DNA of 61,713 bases, filler included, from 4 parts of 4 records of this genome joined end to end with filler, not necessarily neighbours in it, one strand, 5' to 3'. Shown: positions 27,775 to 38,279, counted from the whole stretch's first letter. Program-made: numbers and translations. Notes: generated by a model from the sequence alone, not told the origin.

Positions 27775-28200
27775 ATGAAACTCGAAAAAACCCTTTATAC
27801 AGCCCATGCAACAGCAACCGGCGGCCGTGAAGGCACCGCCAAAACCGATGACGGTGTTTTGGACCTTCGCCTTTCCACCCCCAAGGGCCTTGGCGGCGCG
27901 GGCGGCGACGGCACCAACCCTGAGCAGCTTTTTGCTGCAGGCTATGCGGCGTGTTTCATCGGCGCGATGAAAGCCGTGGGCGGCAAAACCGGCATCAAGG
28001 TGCCCGCAGATGTTTCCATTGCTTCCAGCGTTGGCATCGGCCCGATCCCGAACGGGTTTGGCATTGAGGTTGAACTTAATATCTCCCTGCCCGGCCTTGA
28101 CAGTGAAACGGCTGAAAAACTGGTGGCAGCGGCGCACCAGGTTTGCCCATACTCCAACGCAACGCGCGGCAATGTGGAGGTAACCCTCAACATCGCATAA
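27775..28200 (+). CDS. ohr: Organic hydroperoxide resistance protein
   Basis: TGGREG, TNPEQLFAAGYAACF, AHQVCPYSNATRGN. Confidence 0.97.
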   Translation: MKLEKTLYTAHATATGGREGTAKTDDGVLDLRLSTPKGLGGAGGDGTNPEQLFAAGYAACFIGAMKAVGGKTGIKVPADVSIASSVGIGPIPNGFGIEVELNISLPGLDSETAEKLVAAAHQVCPYSNATRGNVEVTLNIA

Positions 28201-28310
28201 AGTGTGGCGGCGCATACCCGGTTTATGACGAAAACCCGCCACACCTGCGCCACACTTATAGCCACACATCCGCCACACCCTTTGTGTAATTTCGCGGATG
28301 AAAGCCTGAC

Positions 28311-28338
28311 AAGAGCCCCTTTTTTGAGGGGCTCTTTT
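28311..28338 (+). terminator. Intrinsic terminator
   Basis: AAGAGCCCCT / AGGGGCTCTT stem followed by T-run. Confidence 0.8.
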
Positions 28339-28424
28339 AATTTTAGGCGAAAATTCACCCTAAACTGGCCAGCGGCCGCCCGCGCCCTACATGATTTTTG
28401 GGGTTACTGGGGGGAACTGGGTTC

Positions 28425-30191
28425 ATGAAAAAATACATCAAGCGCAGCCTGTTGGCTCTTGCAGCCATCATCACAGTGACGACGGTGTTTATTGCTATCT
28501 GGATCAGGCCACCAGCAGCGGCGGAGGAGCGGTTGTTTTATGGTGGGCCGGTGATCACCATGGCCGACGCAGGCGTGGTGGAAGCCGTGCTGGTGCGGGA
28601 CGGCAAGATCGTCGCCGTGGGGGATGAAGCGGAGGTCCACGCGCTTGCAAGCCCTTCTGTTACAAAGATAAATCTGGATGGCAGAACCCTGATGCCCGGC
28701 CTGATTGAACCCCATAGCCATATGATTGCCAGTGCGCTTCTGGGGGCCGCGATTGACGTGAGCGGCTTTGCGCATGATAGCCGGGCCGAGGTAATGGCGA
28801 CGCTGAGGCGCGAGCTTGAGGACTGGCAGGGCGGCGAATGGGCCATAGCCTTCGGCTGGGACCCGGTAATGGTTGACGACCTTGAGCCGCCAACTTTGGC
28901 CGAGCTGGATGCCCTCTCGCCTGAGCGCCCACTGGTGATTTTAACCCAGATGATGCATGACGCTTACGCAAATACCAAAGCCCTGAAAGCCGCAGGAATC
29001 CTGGAGGATAGCCCTAACCCACCGGGCGGGGAATATGTGCGGGATGCGGACGGCAAGCTCACCGGCACGCTGCGTGAAGTGGGCGCGATCGGGGTGATTT
29101 TGGGGGCACCGCCAGCGCCGCCAAAGGGAGCCGCAGACCTGCTCCTCAACCTCCAGATGGGGGCCTATGCGCGGGCTGGTTATACCACGGTGGCGGAGCT
29201 TGGCCCGGTGGGACGGGTGCATGACCCGGTGGCGCTGCTCAAGCGCAGGCTGGAGGCAGAAGGCGCGCCCATTCGTGGCCTGATATACGCCCTGCCCCCG
29301 CAAATTTCTCCGAGCCAAACCCCTGAAGATAAAGACAAAACCGGCGCTGTAGTTGGTGTTAAGTTCTGGATGGACGGCTCCCCTTACGCGGGCGGTGCAG
29401 CGTTTGAGGAACCCTATGAGGACAGCGCACTGGTGCGCGAGCGGCTGCACCTGAAAGCCGGGCATCGTGGGGCGCTCAACTATTCAGGCGATGATTTTGA
29501 AGCGGCCTTCGCGGCATACCACAGGCGCGGGTACCAGATTGCTGTGCATGTGCAGGGCGAACGCGCGGTTGACCGTGTGCTGGATGCTGCGGAAAAGGCG
29601 TTTGAGGCCAGCCCGCGCGCGGGCCATCGCCACCGGCTGGAGCATAACGCGCTCATCACCAAGGCGCAGCTTGAGCGCGCGCAAATCCTTGGTTTCACAA
29701 CAAGTTTTTTCATCGACCATATTTATTTTTATGGCCACCGGCTGCCGGAACTGGTGGGCGAGGCGCGCACACAGCGTTATATGCCGATCCGCACCGCGCT
29801 TGAGGCCGGGCATCATGTCAGCTTCCATGGTGACCATCCCGCAACGCCCATTGGCCCGTTCCGGAGCTTTGCAACAGCGGCGCTGCGCATCCCCCGGCGC
29901 GGGGAGGCTGCGCTTGGCGCGCATGAACGTTTGTCCCGTCTTGAAGCCCTTCAGGCCATGACAACCGGCCCTGCGTGGCAGCTCGGCCTTGAGCATGAGC
30001 GCGGCAGCCTTGAAGTTGGGAAATCCGCCGATCTTGTGATGCTTTCGCATAACCCGCTGGAGACCGATGACGCTGATCTCCACGATATTCGGGCGCAGAA
30101 AACCTGGATAGAGGGACGCGAAGTAGACGCTCGCGTCGCCACCCGTTCAAACGCGGGGCTGTTGTGGGATGTGATTATCGGTTTCTTCTAA
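28425..30191 (+). CDS. Amidohydrolase 3 (YtcJ-like), N-terminally anchored
   Basis: PGLIEPHSH, VKFWMDGS, HVQGER, HRLEH, HGDHP, GSLEVGKSAD. Confidence 0.9.
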   Translation: MKKYIKRSLLALAAIITVTTVFIAIWIRPPAAAEERLFYGGPVITMADAGVVEAVLVRDGKIVAVGDEAEVHALASPSVTKINLDGRTLMPGLIEPHSHMIASALLGAAIDVSGFAHDSRAEVMATLRRELEDWQGGEWAIAFGWDPVMVDDLEPPTLAELDALSPERPLVILTQMMHDAYANTKALKAAGILEDSPNPPGGEYVRDADGKLTGTLREVGAIGVILGAPPAPPKGAADLLLNLQMGAYARAGYTTVAELGPVGRVHDPVALLKRRLEAEGAPIRGLIYALPPQISPSQTPEDKDKTGAVVGVKFWMDGSPYAGGAAFEEPYEDSALVRERLHLKAGHRGALNYSGDDFEAAFAAYHRRGYQIAVHVQGERAVDRVLDAAEKAFEASPRAGHRHRLEHNALITKAQLERAQILGFTTSFFIDHIYFYGHRLPELVGEARTQRYMPIRTALEAGHHVSFHGDHPATPIGPFRSFATAALRIPRRGEAALGAHERLSRLEALQAMTTGPAWQLGLEHERGSLEVGKSADLVMLSHNPLETDDADLHDIRAQKTWIEGREVDARVATRSNAGLLWDVIIGFF

Positions 30192-30267
30192 TGTGCCGGA
30201 TTATCGGTGGTAATTCCCGTGCGCGTGCCTATCTATGTCATCCGGGTGCGCGACGGGAGACGATATA

Positions 30268-30702
30268 ATGACTGATACTCAAAAAACGACCGCCACAGGT
30301 GGCTGCCTTTGCGGCGCTGTCCGCTATGAAATCACCGGCCCACTACGGGACGTGGTGAACTGCCACTGCGGCATGTGCCAAAAACTGCACGGCAGCTTTG
30401 GTGCGCATACCAAGGCTTTGAAAAAGAACATTAAAATCACCAGAAGTGACGGCCTCGCGTTCTATAAAACCTCAGACGTAGCAGAGCGTGGTTATTGCCG
30501 CGACTGTGGTTCAAGCCTCTTTTGGCAACCAATTGAGTTGGATGCGACCGGCATCCTCGCAGGGTCCCTTGATGACACGTCGGGCCTTAAAACCATGGGG
30601 CATATCTTTGTGGGTGAGAAGGCTGAGTTCGTGGAAATCACCGATGGCCTGCCACAGTTTAAAGCATCGTCTGACGGCGCGTTCACCGGCGATTACCGGT
30701 GA
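30268..30702 (+). CDS. GFA/CENP-V family Zn protein
   Basis: GGCLCGAVRY, CHCGMC, RGYCRDCGS. Confidence 0.92.
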   Translation: MTDTQKTTATGGCLCGAVRYEITGPLRDVVNCHCGMCQKLHGSFGAHTKALKKNIKITRSDGLAFYKTSDVAERGYCRDCGSSLFWQPIELDATGILAGSLDDTSGLKTMGHIFVGEKAEFVEITDGLPQFKASSDGAFTGDYR

Positions 30703-31037
30703 ATTTCTCGTGAATCATCCGGTGCCTCAAGCCGCTCGTTGAGCCCATAATCCCGCATCACATGGGCAACCCGCAGGCGGTAATGCTCAAATACACGCGC
30801 GCGGCCGTCACGCTGTGCTGCGCGATGTTCCATATGGTTTCGCCAGCCCATCACAGCCTCCTCATCCCGCCAGAATGAGAGGGAGAGATATTGTCCTTTA
30901 TTTGCAAGACTTTCAAAACGCTCGACCGAAATGAAGCCGTCCATCTCAGGCAGAAGCTTGCCCAGCGTGGCCGCGTGGTCAAAATAGGCGTTTTCCATGC
31001 CTTTCTTGGGCTGAAGCTCAAAGATAACAGCGATCAT
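30693..31037 (-). CDS. Antibiotic biosynthesis monooxygenase (ABM) family protein
   Basis: MIAVIFE..., [24 protein letters not shown]...HR.AQ..GR. Confidence 0.9.
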   Translation of the reverse strand: MIAVIFELQPKKGMENAYFDHAATLGKLLPEMDGFISVERFESLANKGQYLSLSFWRDEEAVMGWRNHMEHRAAQRDGRARVFEHYRLRVAHVMRDYGLNERLEAPDDSREIHR

Positions 31038-31393
31038 GCGGCGGACTCCGGAGCTTTCCCGGTGTTGAAAAACCGCAGCAGTTCAAAGCCTTCTGCGGCG
31101 CGCAAAAAGGTTCGCTCTTCCTTGAGGATAAATTTCTCCCGCTGCGCCATCTCAAAATTCTCACGCCCGCGCTCATCGGTTTTAAGGCGGCTCCGGTATG
31201 CTTCATAAGCAGCTAAACTCTCAAAACAAATTAGCCCCAGCGCTACATTATTCGTACCTTCATGCGGCAGAAAATAGCCAAAAAGAACACCGCCGCAAGC
31301 CGGAATAATCTCCGCCCAAGCCTTTGAATAAGCTTCAAATTCATTCAGTTTAAACGGATCTATCTCATAGCGGATGCAACAAAGAATGCTCAT
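31034..31393 (-). CDS. NIPSNAP family protein
   Basis: [34 protein letters not shown] 31393 with GGAG RBS. Confidence 0.88.
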   Translation of the reverse strand: MSILCCIRYEIDPFKLNEFEAYSKAWAEIIPACGGVLFGYFLPHEGTNNVALGLICFESLAAYEAYRSRLKTDERGRENFEMAQREKFILKEERTFLRAAEGFELLRFFNTGKAPESAA

Positions 31394-31455
31394 ACTTCTC
31401 TCCAGTTCACAATTGGGTGTGGAGGCCATGATAGCGGCTTGATCATCATCCTTGC

Positions 31456-31471
31456 TTCGATTAACATCGAA
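31456..31471. promoter_or_regulatory. Palindrome TTCGAT-N4-ATCGAA (operator of the divergent ArsR-type regulator)
   Basis: Two bases before ATG 31474 in the divergent intergenic region. Confidence 0.55.
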
Positions 31472-31473
31472 CT

Positions 31474-32157
31474 ATGAAAGACGGACCAGACATCGCGCTT
31501 ATCGCGTCGCTTATCGGCGACCCGGCCCGAGCCAACATGCTTACCTCCCTGATGGGTGGCACGGCCTTGACCGCGACCGAGCTGGCAGATGAGGCAGGCG
31601 TGACCAAACAAACCGCCTCGAGCCACCTGAGCAAACTGGAAACCGGCGGCCTGCTGGGTATTCGCAAGCAAGGCCGTCACCGCTATTACCAACTTTCAGG
31701 GCCTGATATTGCGGACCTTCTGGAGAACTTGATGGGCGTCGCCGTTCGCACCGGCCATATCCGCACCCGTCCCGGCCCCAAAGACCCCGCGCTCAGGCAT
31801 GCGCGGGTATGTTACGACCATTTAGCCGGTGATATGGGCATCCAGCTTTATGAAGGCCTGCTCGCGCGCGGGCTTTTGTTTGAGCATGAAGGTGAACCCG
31901 TTATCACCCCCGTTGGCGAAGGGTTCATGAAACGCCTTGGTCTGCCGCTCGACACCCTCGTACGCGCCAAACGCCCCTTATGTAAAGCCTGCCTGGACTG
32001 GAGCGAACGCCGCACACACCTGGCTGGCGCCCTTGGCGCAGCCCTTCTTGAGCATATCTACGCCAAAGGCTGGGCAAGCCGGAAGGAGGGCAGCCGCGAG
32101 GTGACCTTCACCAATAGCGGACGCGAAGAGTTCAACCGCTTTTTCGGCCCGGCTTGA
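31474..32157 (+). CDS. ArsR-family winged-HTH regulator with C-terminal Cys/His domain
   Basis: GDPARANML, TASSHL, QGRHRYY, ARVCYDHLAG, CLDWSERR.HLAG. Confidence 0.9.
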   Translation: MKDGPDIALIASLIGDPARANMLTSLMGGTALTATELADEAGVTKQTASSHLSKLETGGLLGIRKQGRHRYYQLSGPDIADLLENLMGVAVRTGHIRTRPGPKDPALRHARVCYDHLAGDMGIQLYEGLLARGLLFEHEGEPVITPVGEGFMKRLGLPLDTLVRAKRPLCKACLDWSERRTHLAGALGAALLEHIYAKGWASRKEGSREVTFTNSGREEFNRFFGPA

Positions 32158-32195
32158 GTTTCCGTTCCATGATCTGAGTAAGACATCAAATAAGC

Positions 32196-32217
32196 TATTT
32201 GACAGCGCTGTCAAATA
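32196..32217. promoter_or_regulatory. LacI-family operator (perfect 22-bp palindrome TATTTGACAGCGCTGTCAAATA)
   Basis: TGxxAGCGCTxxCA core typical of LacI/GalR sites; upstream of the aldo-keto reductase. Confidence 0.75.
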
Positions 32218-32306
32218 TAGCAATATTAGCCCCTTAACTGGTACCGATTTGTGCAGGCACTGCAAACTGTAAAATACTTTAAAAACAAAGATTAAGAGAC
32301 ATCACC

Positions 32307-33236
32307 ATGGCAGACGACCTCCTTCACGCACGGCCCAAGTTTAACATTGGGCAATCAAGCCTGTCTGTCGGGCCAATTGCCTATGGCTGTTGGCGCTTTG
32401 CGGGCACGGAGGTAGCCCCTGCGCAAGCGAAAATCGAGGCGGCGCTGGCATGCGGCATGACGCTTATTGATACCGCCGACATATACGGCAAAGGCAGTCC
32501 CGGCGGTTTTGGCAGTGCGGAAGAACTGCTCGGTGAGGTGTTGAAGGCGCAACCGGGCCTCAGGTACGACATGGTACTCGCAAGCAAGGGCGGCATATGG
32601 CCGGGCACGCCATATAACTCCAGCAAAGCTTACCTCACCACAGCTTGCGAAAAGTCTCTCAAACGCTTGAACACGGAGACGATCGACCTGTACCAGATTC
32701 ACCGTCCTGACTTGTTGACACCCATGGCGGAGGTGGCCGAAGCGCTGTCCGCCTTACGGTCCCAAGGCAAGATACGCGAGGCCGGAGTTTCCAATTTCAC
32801 ACCCAGCCAGTTCAGGGCACTGCAAGCGCATCTGGACTTCCCGCTGGCATCACAGCAGCCGGAGTTTTCAGCGCTGGAGCTTTCACCTGTTTTTGACGGC
32901 ACGCTCGACCTATGTCAGGAGTTTGGCGCGCTTGCACTTGCGTGGTCTCCGCTTGGTGGCGGAAGGCTGATGACCGGACAGGCTGACACAGCCGAAGGCC
33001 AAACGCGTCTGGATAATGTTATCAAGGCACTCGATGACATCGCTGAGAAAAACAACACAGACCGCGCCGCAGCAGCACTTGCTTTCACCATGGTACACCC
33101 GGCTGGCGTGATACCCATCATCGGTACACAGACACCGGCCCGCATCACGGAAGCTGCGCGCGCTGCTAAAGTCAAGATCAGTCGAACAGACTGGTACGGT
33201 GTACTTCAGGCAAGCATTGGTGCCCGCCTGCCCTGA
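32307..33236 (+). CDS. Aldo/keto reductase (YdhF-like)
   Basis: GCWR, DTADIYG, SKGG, DLYQIHRPD, GVSNF, WSPLGGG, PIIGT. Confidence 0.92.
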   Translation: MADDLLHARPKFNIGQSSLSVGPIAYGCWRFAGTEVAPAQAKIEAALACGMTLIDTADIYGKGSPGGFGSAEELLGEVLKAQPGLRYDMVLASKGGIWPGTPYNSSKAYLTTACEKSLKRLNTETIDLYQIHRPDLLTPMAEVAEALSALRSQGKIREAGVSNFTPSQFRALQAHLDFPLASQQPEFSALELSPVFDGTLDLCQEFGALALAWSPLGGGRLMTGQADTAEGQTRLDNVIKALDDIAEKNNTDRAAAALAFTMVHPAGVIPIIGTQTPARITEAARAAKVKISRTDWYGVLQASIGARLP

Positions 33237-33340
33237 CAAAGCAGGCTAACCCTCATCATCTTCACACTACCGCAAAGCGGCTTTTCAATTTGACATTGCA
33301 TGCCTATGCTGTGGGCGGGGAATTGATATTTGGGAAGATA

Positions 33341-34204
33341 ATGTTCCGTACCATATTGTGCGCTGCGCTTGTCGCAGCATTTTTCACTGCCCACGCACCG
33401 CTTTGGGCTGAAACAGCTGTTATTCGCCATGTCTGGACAGTGGACACCGGCCTTTTTGAGCCGGAATCTGTCGCTATTGATGAAAACCATGGCGCCATCT
33501 ATGTGTCTAACGTGGTGGGCTATGGCAAAAACGGCCAAGGCTATATCAGCAAGCTCTCAATGTCTGGCCGTGTGATTGCAGCGAAATGGATAGAAGGGCT
33601 TGATGCTCCAACCGGCATGGTCCTGTTCGGCGAGGAACTCTTCTTCGCAGACTTCAACATGCTGAAAGTCGCCGATGTGAAAACCGGTGAAATCGTGCGG
33701 GAGTATCCAGCACCCGAGGTTAACCCCTGTTTTAACGACGTTGCTATAGCAAGTGACGGAACTGTCTATATCTCCGCAAGCTGCAGCCAGAAGATCTATA
33801 CCCTGAAGGATGACACGCTTGTGCCTCTAATTGAAGACAGCGCAGCGCTTAAGTTCGTCAACGGGCTCTATGTCGCCAACAATATGTTACTGAGTGGCGG
33901 TTGGCAGATATGGATATGGGACCGCAATACCGGCAAGCCTCTGGCAAACGGGCCAGTAACCCGGCAGGCGGACGTGAAGGACATTGACGGTGTTGCCTGG
34001 GATGGTGAAGCCTTCATCATTTCCATGGTGGACGACACCCGGCTTTGGCGGCTTGGGGCCGACGGGGTCGCTGCCCCTATCTCCGAAGAAGCTTTTCACG
34101 CCGTTGATTTCCAGTATGATTTTGTTACAGGCCTTCTTGTAATACCCCGCATCATTGGGGAAAGTGACCACCGTGTTTCCGCTTACCGGCTGTCGTTTCA
34201 ATAA
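33341..34204 (+). CDS. Exported SMP-30/gluconolactonase-like beta-propeller
   Basis: Signal peptide, EPES, YVSN, APTGM, FNDV, NGL, DG motifs. Confidence 0.75.
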   Translation: MFRTILCAALVAAFFTAHAPLWAETAVIRHVWTVDTGLFEPESVAIDENHGAIYVSNVVGYGKNGQGYISKLSMSGRVIAAKWIEGLDAPTGMVLFGEELFFADFNMLKVADVKTGEIVREYPAPEVNPCFNDVAIASDGTVYISASCSQKIYTLKDDTLVPLIEDSAALKFVNGLYVANNMLLSGGWQIWIWDRNTGKPLANGPVTRQADVKDIDGVAWDGEAFIISMVDDTRLWRLGADGVAAPISEEAFHAVDFQYDFVTGLLVIPRIIGESDHRVSAYRLSFQ

Positions 34205-34221
34205 GCGCGCCCTGAAGCGCC

Positions 34222-34755
34222 ATGAGCACAAAGGATAATATCATGCGCATTCTGATCACGGCGCTTGCCCTGTTTTTCTCCGCCCATGTGAGTGCAGAGC
34301 CTATTGAGCAGCTTGCCCCGCTCGCACCCTTCACCGGCAAAACCTGGCGCACGGTTGATGGCAGCGTGGACGGCTCGGAAAACTTTAGCGATATCTCAAA
34401 ATGGGAGTGGATATTGCACGGCCGCGTGATGCGCATCACCCACAGCGTTGGTGGCGGCTCCTACGCGGGCGAAAGCCTGATCCATTGGGATGATGTGCAA
34501 GGCAAGATCATTTACCGCTATGTCACCACGGCAGGCTTCTACACAGACGGGGTCATCACACCTGTTGAGGGCGGTATTGACGTGCACGAGTTCATCCGTG
34601 GGTCAAAAGGCGGCCCCACCGAGACCCTTTCTGGCTACCGTATTGAGAACGGGCAGATGCACGGCTGGTCAAAGCTGTTAACAGATGGTGTCTGGAGCGA
34701 AGCGAATACCTTCATCTATGAAGAAGCGCCCGATGCAGTGCCAAATATTGACTAA
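34222..34755 (+). CDS. Exported hypothetical beta-barrel-like protein
   Basis: Signal peptide, LAPF.GKTW motif, all-beta pattern; start may be ATG 34243. Confidence 0.6.
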   Translation: MSTKDNIMRILITALALFFSAHVSAEPIEQLAPLAPFTGKTWRTVDGSVDGSENFSDISKWEWILHGRVMRITHSVGGGSYAGESLIHWDDVQGKIIYRYVTTAGFYTDGVITPVEGGIDVHEFIRGSKGGPTETLSGYRIENGQMHGWSKLLTDGVWSEANTFIYEEAPDAVPNID

Positions 34756-34855
34756 CTAACAAGACTGGCAAACTGCGACAATTGCTCACACTGACGGTGC
34801 TCGAAACACAGGCTATGTTCCGCGCAGCTTAAAACTGCCAATGGGATGCCTTGCC

Positions 34856-35113
34856 ATGTCAGACACTGTTTACCGGACCCCTTCGCTTGTCTCCCGCGCC
34901 TTCCGTGCGCTGCCCTTTGTTGGCAGCCTTATCAAAGACGCAGGCAAAAGTGACGAAGCGCTGATCTTCGCGCTTTTAAACGCTGTTATGCTGTGGGTTT
35001 TTGCCGGTATTTTCTGGGGACTTGAAGGCGTGCTTGCGGTCGCGCTCGGCCTCGTGCCTGTGGTGCTAATCACCTTGTGTGCGGCTATGCTGTTTAGTGG
35101 CAAGGCACGCTAA
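34856..35113 (+). CDS. Small membrane hypothetical protein
   Basis: Two hydrophobic segments; start uncertain (34841 or 34856). Confidence 0.55.
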   Translation: MSDTVYRTPSLVSRAFRALPFVGSLIKDAGKSDEALIFALLNAVMLWVFAGIFWGLEGVLAVALGLVPVVLITLCAAMLFSGKAR

Positions 35114-35123
35114 CCGGGGCATG

Positions 35124-37097
35124 CTATTCCACCGGGAAACCGAGCGTCACCGTCGTACCGACACCCTCAATAGATTCGATATCCAGTCGCCCGTCTATCA
35201 GCGTCATGAGGCGGCTAACGAGCGGCAGACCAACACTCATGCCGCCGTTAGGGTCTGAGGTATAGGCGTGACCTGGCCGCTCGAAAACAGATAACGCGAC
35301 CTTCATTTCTTCCTTGGGCATGCCAGCCCCTGTGTCTGTTATTCGGATCGTGAAATGGTTTTCATCAAGGGCACCGTGCACGGTTACAACGCCGTTATCG
35401 GGCGCATGTTTCATGGCGTTCGACAGCACCTTGATGAGCGCCTGCCGCATGATGCGCACATCTCCTTTGATCTCAATCGACTGACACTGGGTATCGAGGA
35501 AGATATGCTTCTCACGCGCGACAGGTGCCAAAAGCCCAACACTCATGTCCACAACATCCTGCGGGTCGAACGGGTCATGCGCGACCTCAAACCGCCCAGC
35601 CTCCAAGTCAGAAACGCTCAATATATCCGACATAAGTACCAGCAACTGCTGCCCGTTATTGCGAATAAGGCTCAGGTATTCGCGCTGTTTTTGCGCGTCA
35701 ACCGGGCTATGTGATTGGGAAATCAGCAGGTCGGAAAAACCGATGATGGCATTAAGCGGCGTGCGGACCTCATGGCTGATGTTGGCGAGGAAACTTGACT
35801 TGATCCGCAAAGCATCCTCTGCGCGTTGTTGCGCGTCATCCAACTCATCCGCCCTCAGACCCAGAGCCTCATTTGCCATGGCAAGATGTTTGGAAAGGGC
35901 CGTCCGCTCAGCCTGCTCCCGCCGGTACCGCATGGTGAAAAGCCACATCAGGATAACCGCAAACGCAATCGTCGCCACCGGCACACTTTCAAGTCCACCA
36001 AGCGCGCCCGATGCGGTCAGCACTGCGTCCGCCAACATCGCCATGATCATGATGGCCCAACCCGCCAGCGCCACGTTCGCCCCCAAACGGCGCTTGTTGC
36101 GGGCCCGCAGGAACACCATCAACACCATCACGCCGCAAATGCCGGCCACCAGCATATAGGGATTGCGCGTTTCAAACACCCAAGGCAGCGGTGCGGCAAT
36201 CGCGACCAGCGCAAAAAGGCCAGACACCCCAAACAGCAACTGCGCACCGCGCACACTGGCTTCCTTGGGGAACAAACCACAAGCCAGCCCGTAGAACATA
36301 GGCAACAGTGTGAAGAAGGTGACATATTCGAACCGCAAGGAAGCGGGATAAGAGATGAAAGGCAGAAACAGCCACTCAAAATCCTGCACGAAAATGAGCC
36401 GTATAGCGATCAGCACAAGTACAACACCGCCGCTATAATAATAACTTTCCCCCGCGTGCCATAGCGCCAGCAAAATGGTGTAAAGCCCGATCGCGATAAA
36501 CAAGCCCGCAAAAAGCATGATGGCCGCCAGCCTGCCGTCCTCCGTGCGCTGTGCCAACGCAGCATCCCGGATAACCGGTGCCGTCATCAAGCCAGCCTGA
36601 AAATGCGATGTGTTCGCCACATGCAGCACAAGGGTAAAGTCGCTTGCACCGAAGTCGAGCAGCATATGTTTGGGCGGCGCGCTTGCGCTCGTTTCCGGGT
36701 TCACCACTGAGGGGTCCCCATTGCCGCCAAGCTTGTAAACTCGCGGCCCGTCATCTCCGTCCACAACGGCGTAATATCTGTAAACGCTTCTGATCTTGCC
36801 AGTCACCAAGGCAGAATCCGCCGGAACGCCAGATACACCTCTTATGTAGGTGATTGTGCCGAACGCACCATCGGCGCCAGACTGGCCACTCATGAAATCA
36901 GGGATCATCACTTCGCGTGCGTCTCTCGCACGCGCGGCGGCCAGTTCAGGGTTAACAAGCTCTTCGTCGATCGCGCGCCAGCCAGCTTCAAGCGTCATTC
37001 CGTCGCCGCGATCGGGCGCATAAAGCACAAACGGCGACGAAACCATCAGGCCGCCCAAAAATACGATCAACGCAATTAAGATCCAGTGTCTCGCCAA
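35124..37097 (-). CDS. 7TM (7TMR-DISM-like) sensor histidine kinase
   Basis: Extracellular domain, seven TM, FLANISHEVRTPLNAIIGFS, NAMK, DTGAG. Confidence 0.88.
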   Translation of the reverse strand: MARHWILIALIVFLGGLMVSSPFVLYAPDRGDGMTLEAGWRAIDEELVNPELAAARARDAREVMIPDFMSGQSGADGAFGTITYIRGVSGVPADSALVTGKIRSVYRYYAVVDGDDGPRVYKLGGNGDPSVVNPETSASAPPKHMLLDFGASDFTLVLHVANTSHFQAGLMTAPVIRDAALAQRTEDGRLAAIMLFAGLFIAIGLYTILLALWHAGESYYYSGGVVLVLIAIRLIFVQDFEWLFLPFISYPASLRFEYVTFFTLLPMFYGLACGLFPKEASVRGAQLLFGVSGLFALVAIAAPLPWVFETRNPYMLVAGICGVMVLMVFLRARNKRRLGANVALAGWAIMIMAMLADAVLTASGALGGLESVPVATIAFAVILMWLFTMRYRREQAERTALSKHLAMANEALGLRADELDDAQQRAEDALRIKSSFLANISHEVRTPLNAIIGFSDLLISQSHSPVDAQKQREYLSLIRNNGQQLLVLMSDILSVSDLEAGRFEVAHDPFDPQDVVDMSVGLLAPVAREKHIFLDTQCQSIEIKGDVRIMRQALIKVLSNAMKHAPDNGVVTVHGALDENHFTIRITDTGAGMPKEEMKVALSVFERPGHAYTSDPNGGMSVGLPLVSRLMTLIDGRLDIESIEGVGTTVTLGFPVE

Positions 37098-37292
37098 CTT
37101 GCACCCCTTGCCCCTGCCCGAGCCACCATTGTCGGCACACTTTCATGCGGTAAGGCAATCAGATTTTGGGCATTTCACCAATATAATATAACCGATACTG
37201 CAAATGCATGCCTGAAGCTTCAGGCCCGCCTTGTATCGCCGGGATGCTGCCCAATCTTGGTTCCTCATCAGTTGAGCGAAAGGATTTCCAGC

Positions 37293-38279
37293 ATGAAACG
37301 GAAGATTGGCAACTCTGACCTTGAAGTGAATTCAATTGGATTGGGCTGCATGGGCCTCAGTGCATTTTACGGCAAACCGGTGGAGGAAAGTGAGGGCATA
37401 TCGCTAACTCACGAAGCAATTGAGCGAGGTGTTGATCACTTCGACACGGCTGAAATGTATGGGCCGCACACGAATGAAACCCTGCTTGGAAAGGCGCTGA
37501 ACAGGCGTAGGGATAAAGTGGTGCTGGCTACAAAGTTTGGCATCGTTGCTCCCGCCCATACCGGCAGCAAAGGCGCACTTGATGGTAGCGCAAAAAACTG
37601 CCGCCGGGCCGTTGAAGGCTCACTCAAGCGCCTGCAAACAGACCATATTGACCTTTATTATCTTCACCGACTGGACCCTGATACACCGATTGAAGAAACC
37701 GTCGGGGCCATGGCTGAGCTGGTTAAGGAAGGCAAGGTGCGCGCAATCGGCCTGTCCGAAGTGTCCGCCGATACACTGCGCCGTGCGGCCAAAATTCATC
37801 CAATCGCCGCCGTGCAATCGGAATATTCGATCTTCACACGGGCAATTGAAAACACGCTGTTCCCGGCCCTTGAGGACCTTAACACCAGCCTTGTCGCCTA
37901 TTCACCACTGGGGCGGGGTATGCTTGCGGGGGCTTATCAAGGCGGGAAACGCCCGGCGGCAGATGATTGGCGCTCCCTCTCCCTACCTCGCTTTGAAGGC
38001 GAAAACTTTGATGCCAACCGTATGCTTGCTGCAGAAGTTATCGCGCTCGCGGGCCAGAAAGGCGTGTCAGCATCGCAAATGGCCCTTGCCTGGGTGCTTG
38101 CGCAAAGCGACCGTGTTGTGACCATCCCTGGCACCACAAAACTGGCAAACCTGGAAGCCAATTTAGGCGCTTACGACGTCAATCTGACAACAGAAGATCT
38201 GGAGCATCTGGCACCGCTTGCGGAACAGGTGGCTGGCACCCGATATAGCGACTTTGGCATGAAGCTCGTCGACGCCTGA
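37293..38279 (+). CDS. Aldo/keto reductase
   Basis: IGLGCMG, DTAEMYG, ATKFG, DLYYLHR, YSPLGRG, IPGT; ATG 37293 with AAGGA RBS. Confidence 0.93.
   Translation: MKRKIGNSDLEVNSIGLGCMGLSAFYGKPVEESEGISLTHEAIERGVDHFDTAEMYGPHTNETLLGKALNRRRDKVVLATKFGIVAPAHTGSKGALDGSAKNCRRAVEGSLKRLQTDHIDLYYLHRLDPDTPIEETVGAMAELVKEGKVRAIGLSEVSADTLRRAAKIHPIAAVQSEYSIFTRAIENTLFPALEDLNTSLVAYSPLGRGMLAGAYQGGKRPAADDWRSLSLPRFEGENFDANRMLAAEVIALAGQKGVSASQMALAWVLAQSDRVVTIPGTTKLANLEANLGAYDVNLTTEDLEHLAPLAEQVAGTRYSDFGMKLVDA

Noticed and set aside
28404-30150. Many overlapping ORFs within the amidohydrolase (and likewise within 35124-37097)
   Set aside because: Shadow ORFs expected in GC-rich coding DNA; no motifs.
37086-37292. Long N-terminal extensions in the ORF track for the AKR (and for trxB, 38360-38476)
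   Set aside because: Downstream ATGs have RBSs and match family starts; the extensions cover promoter DNA.
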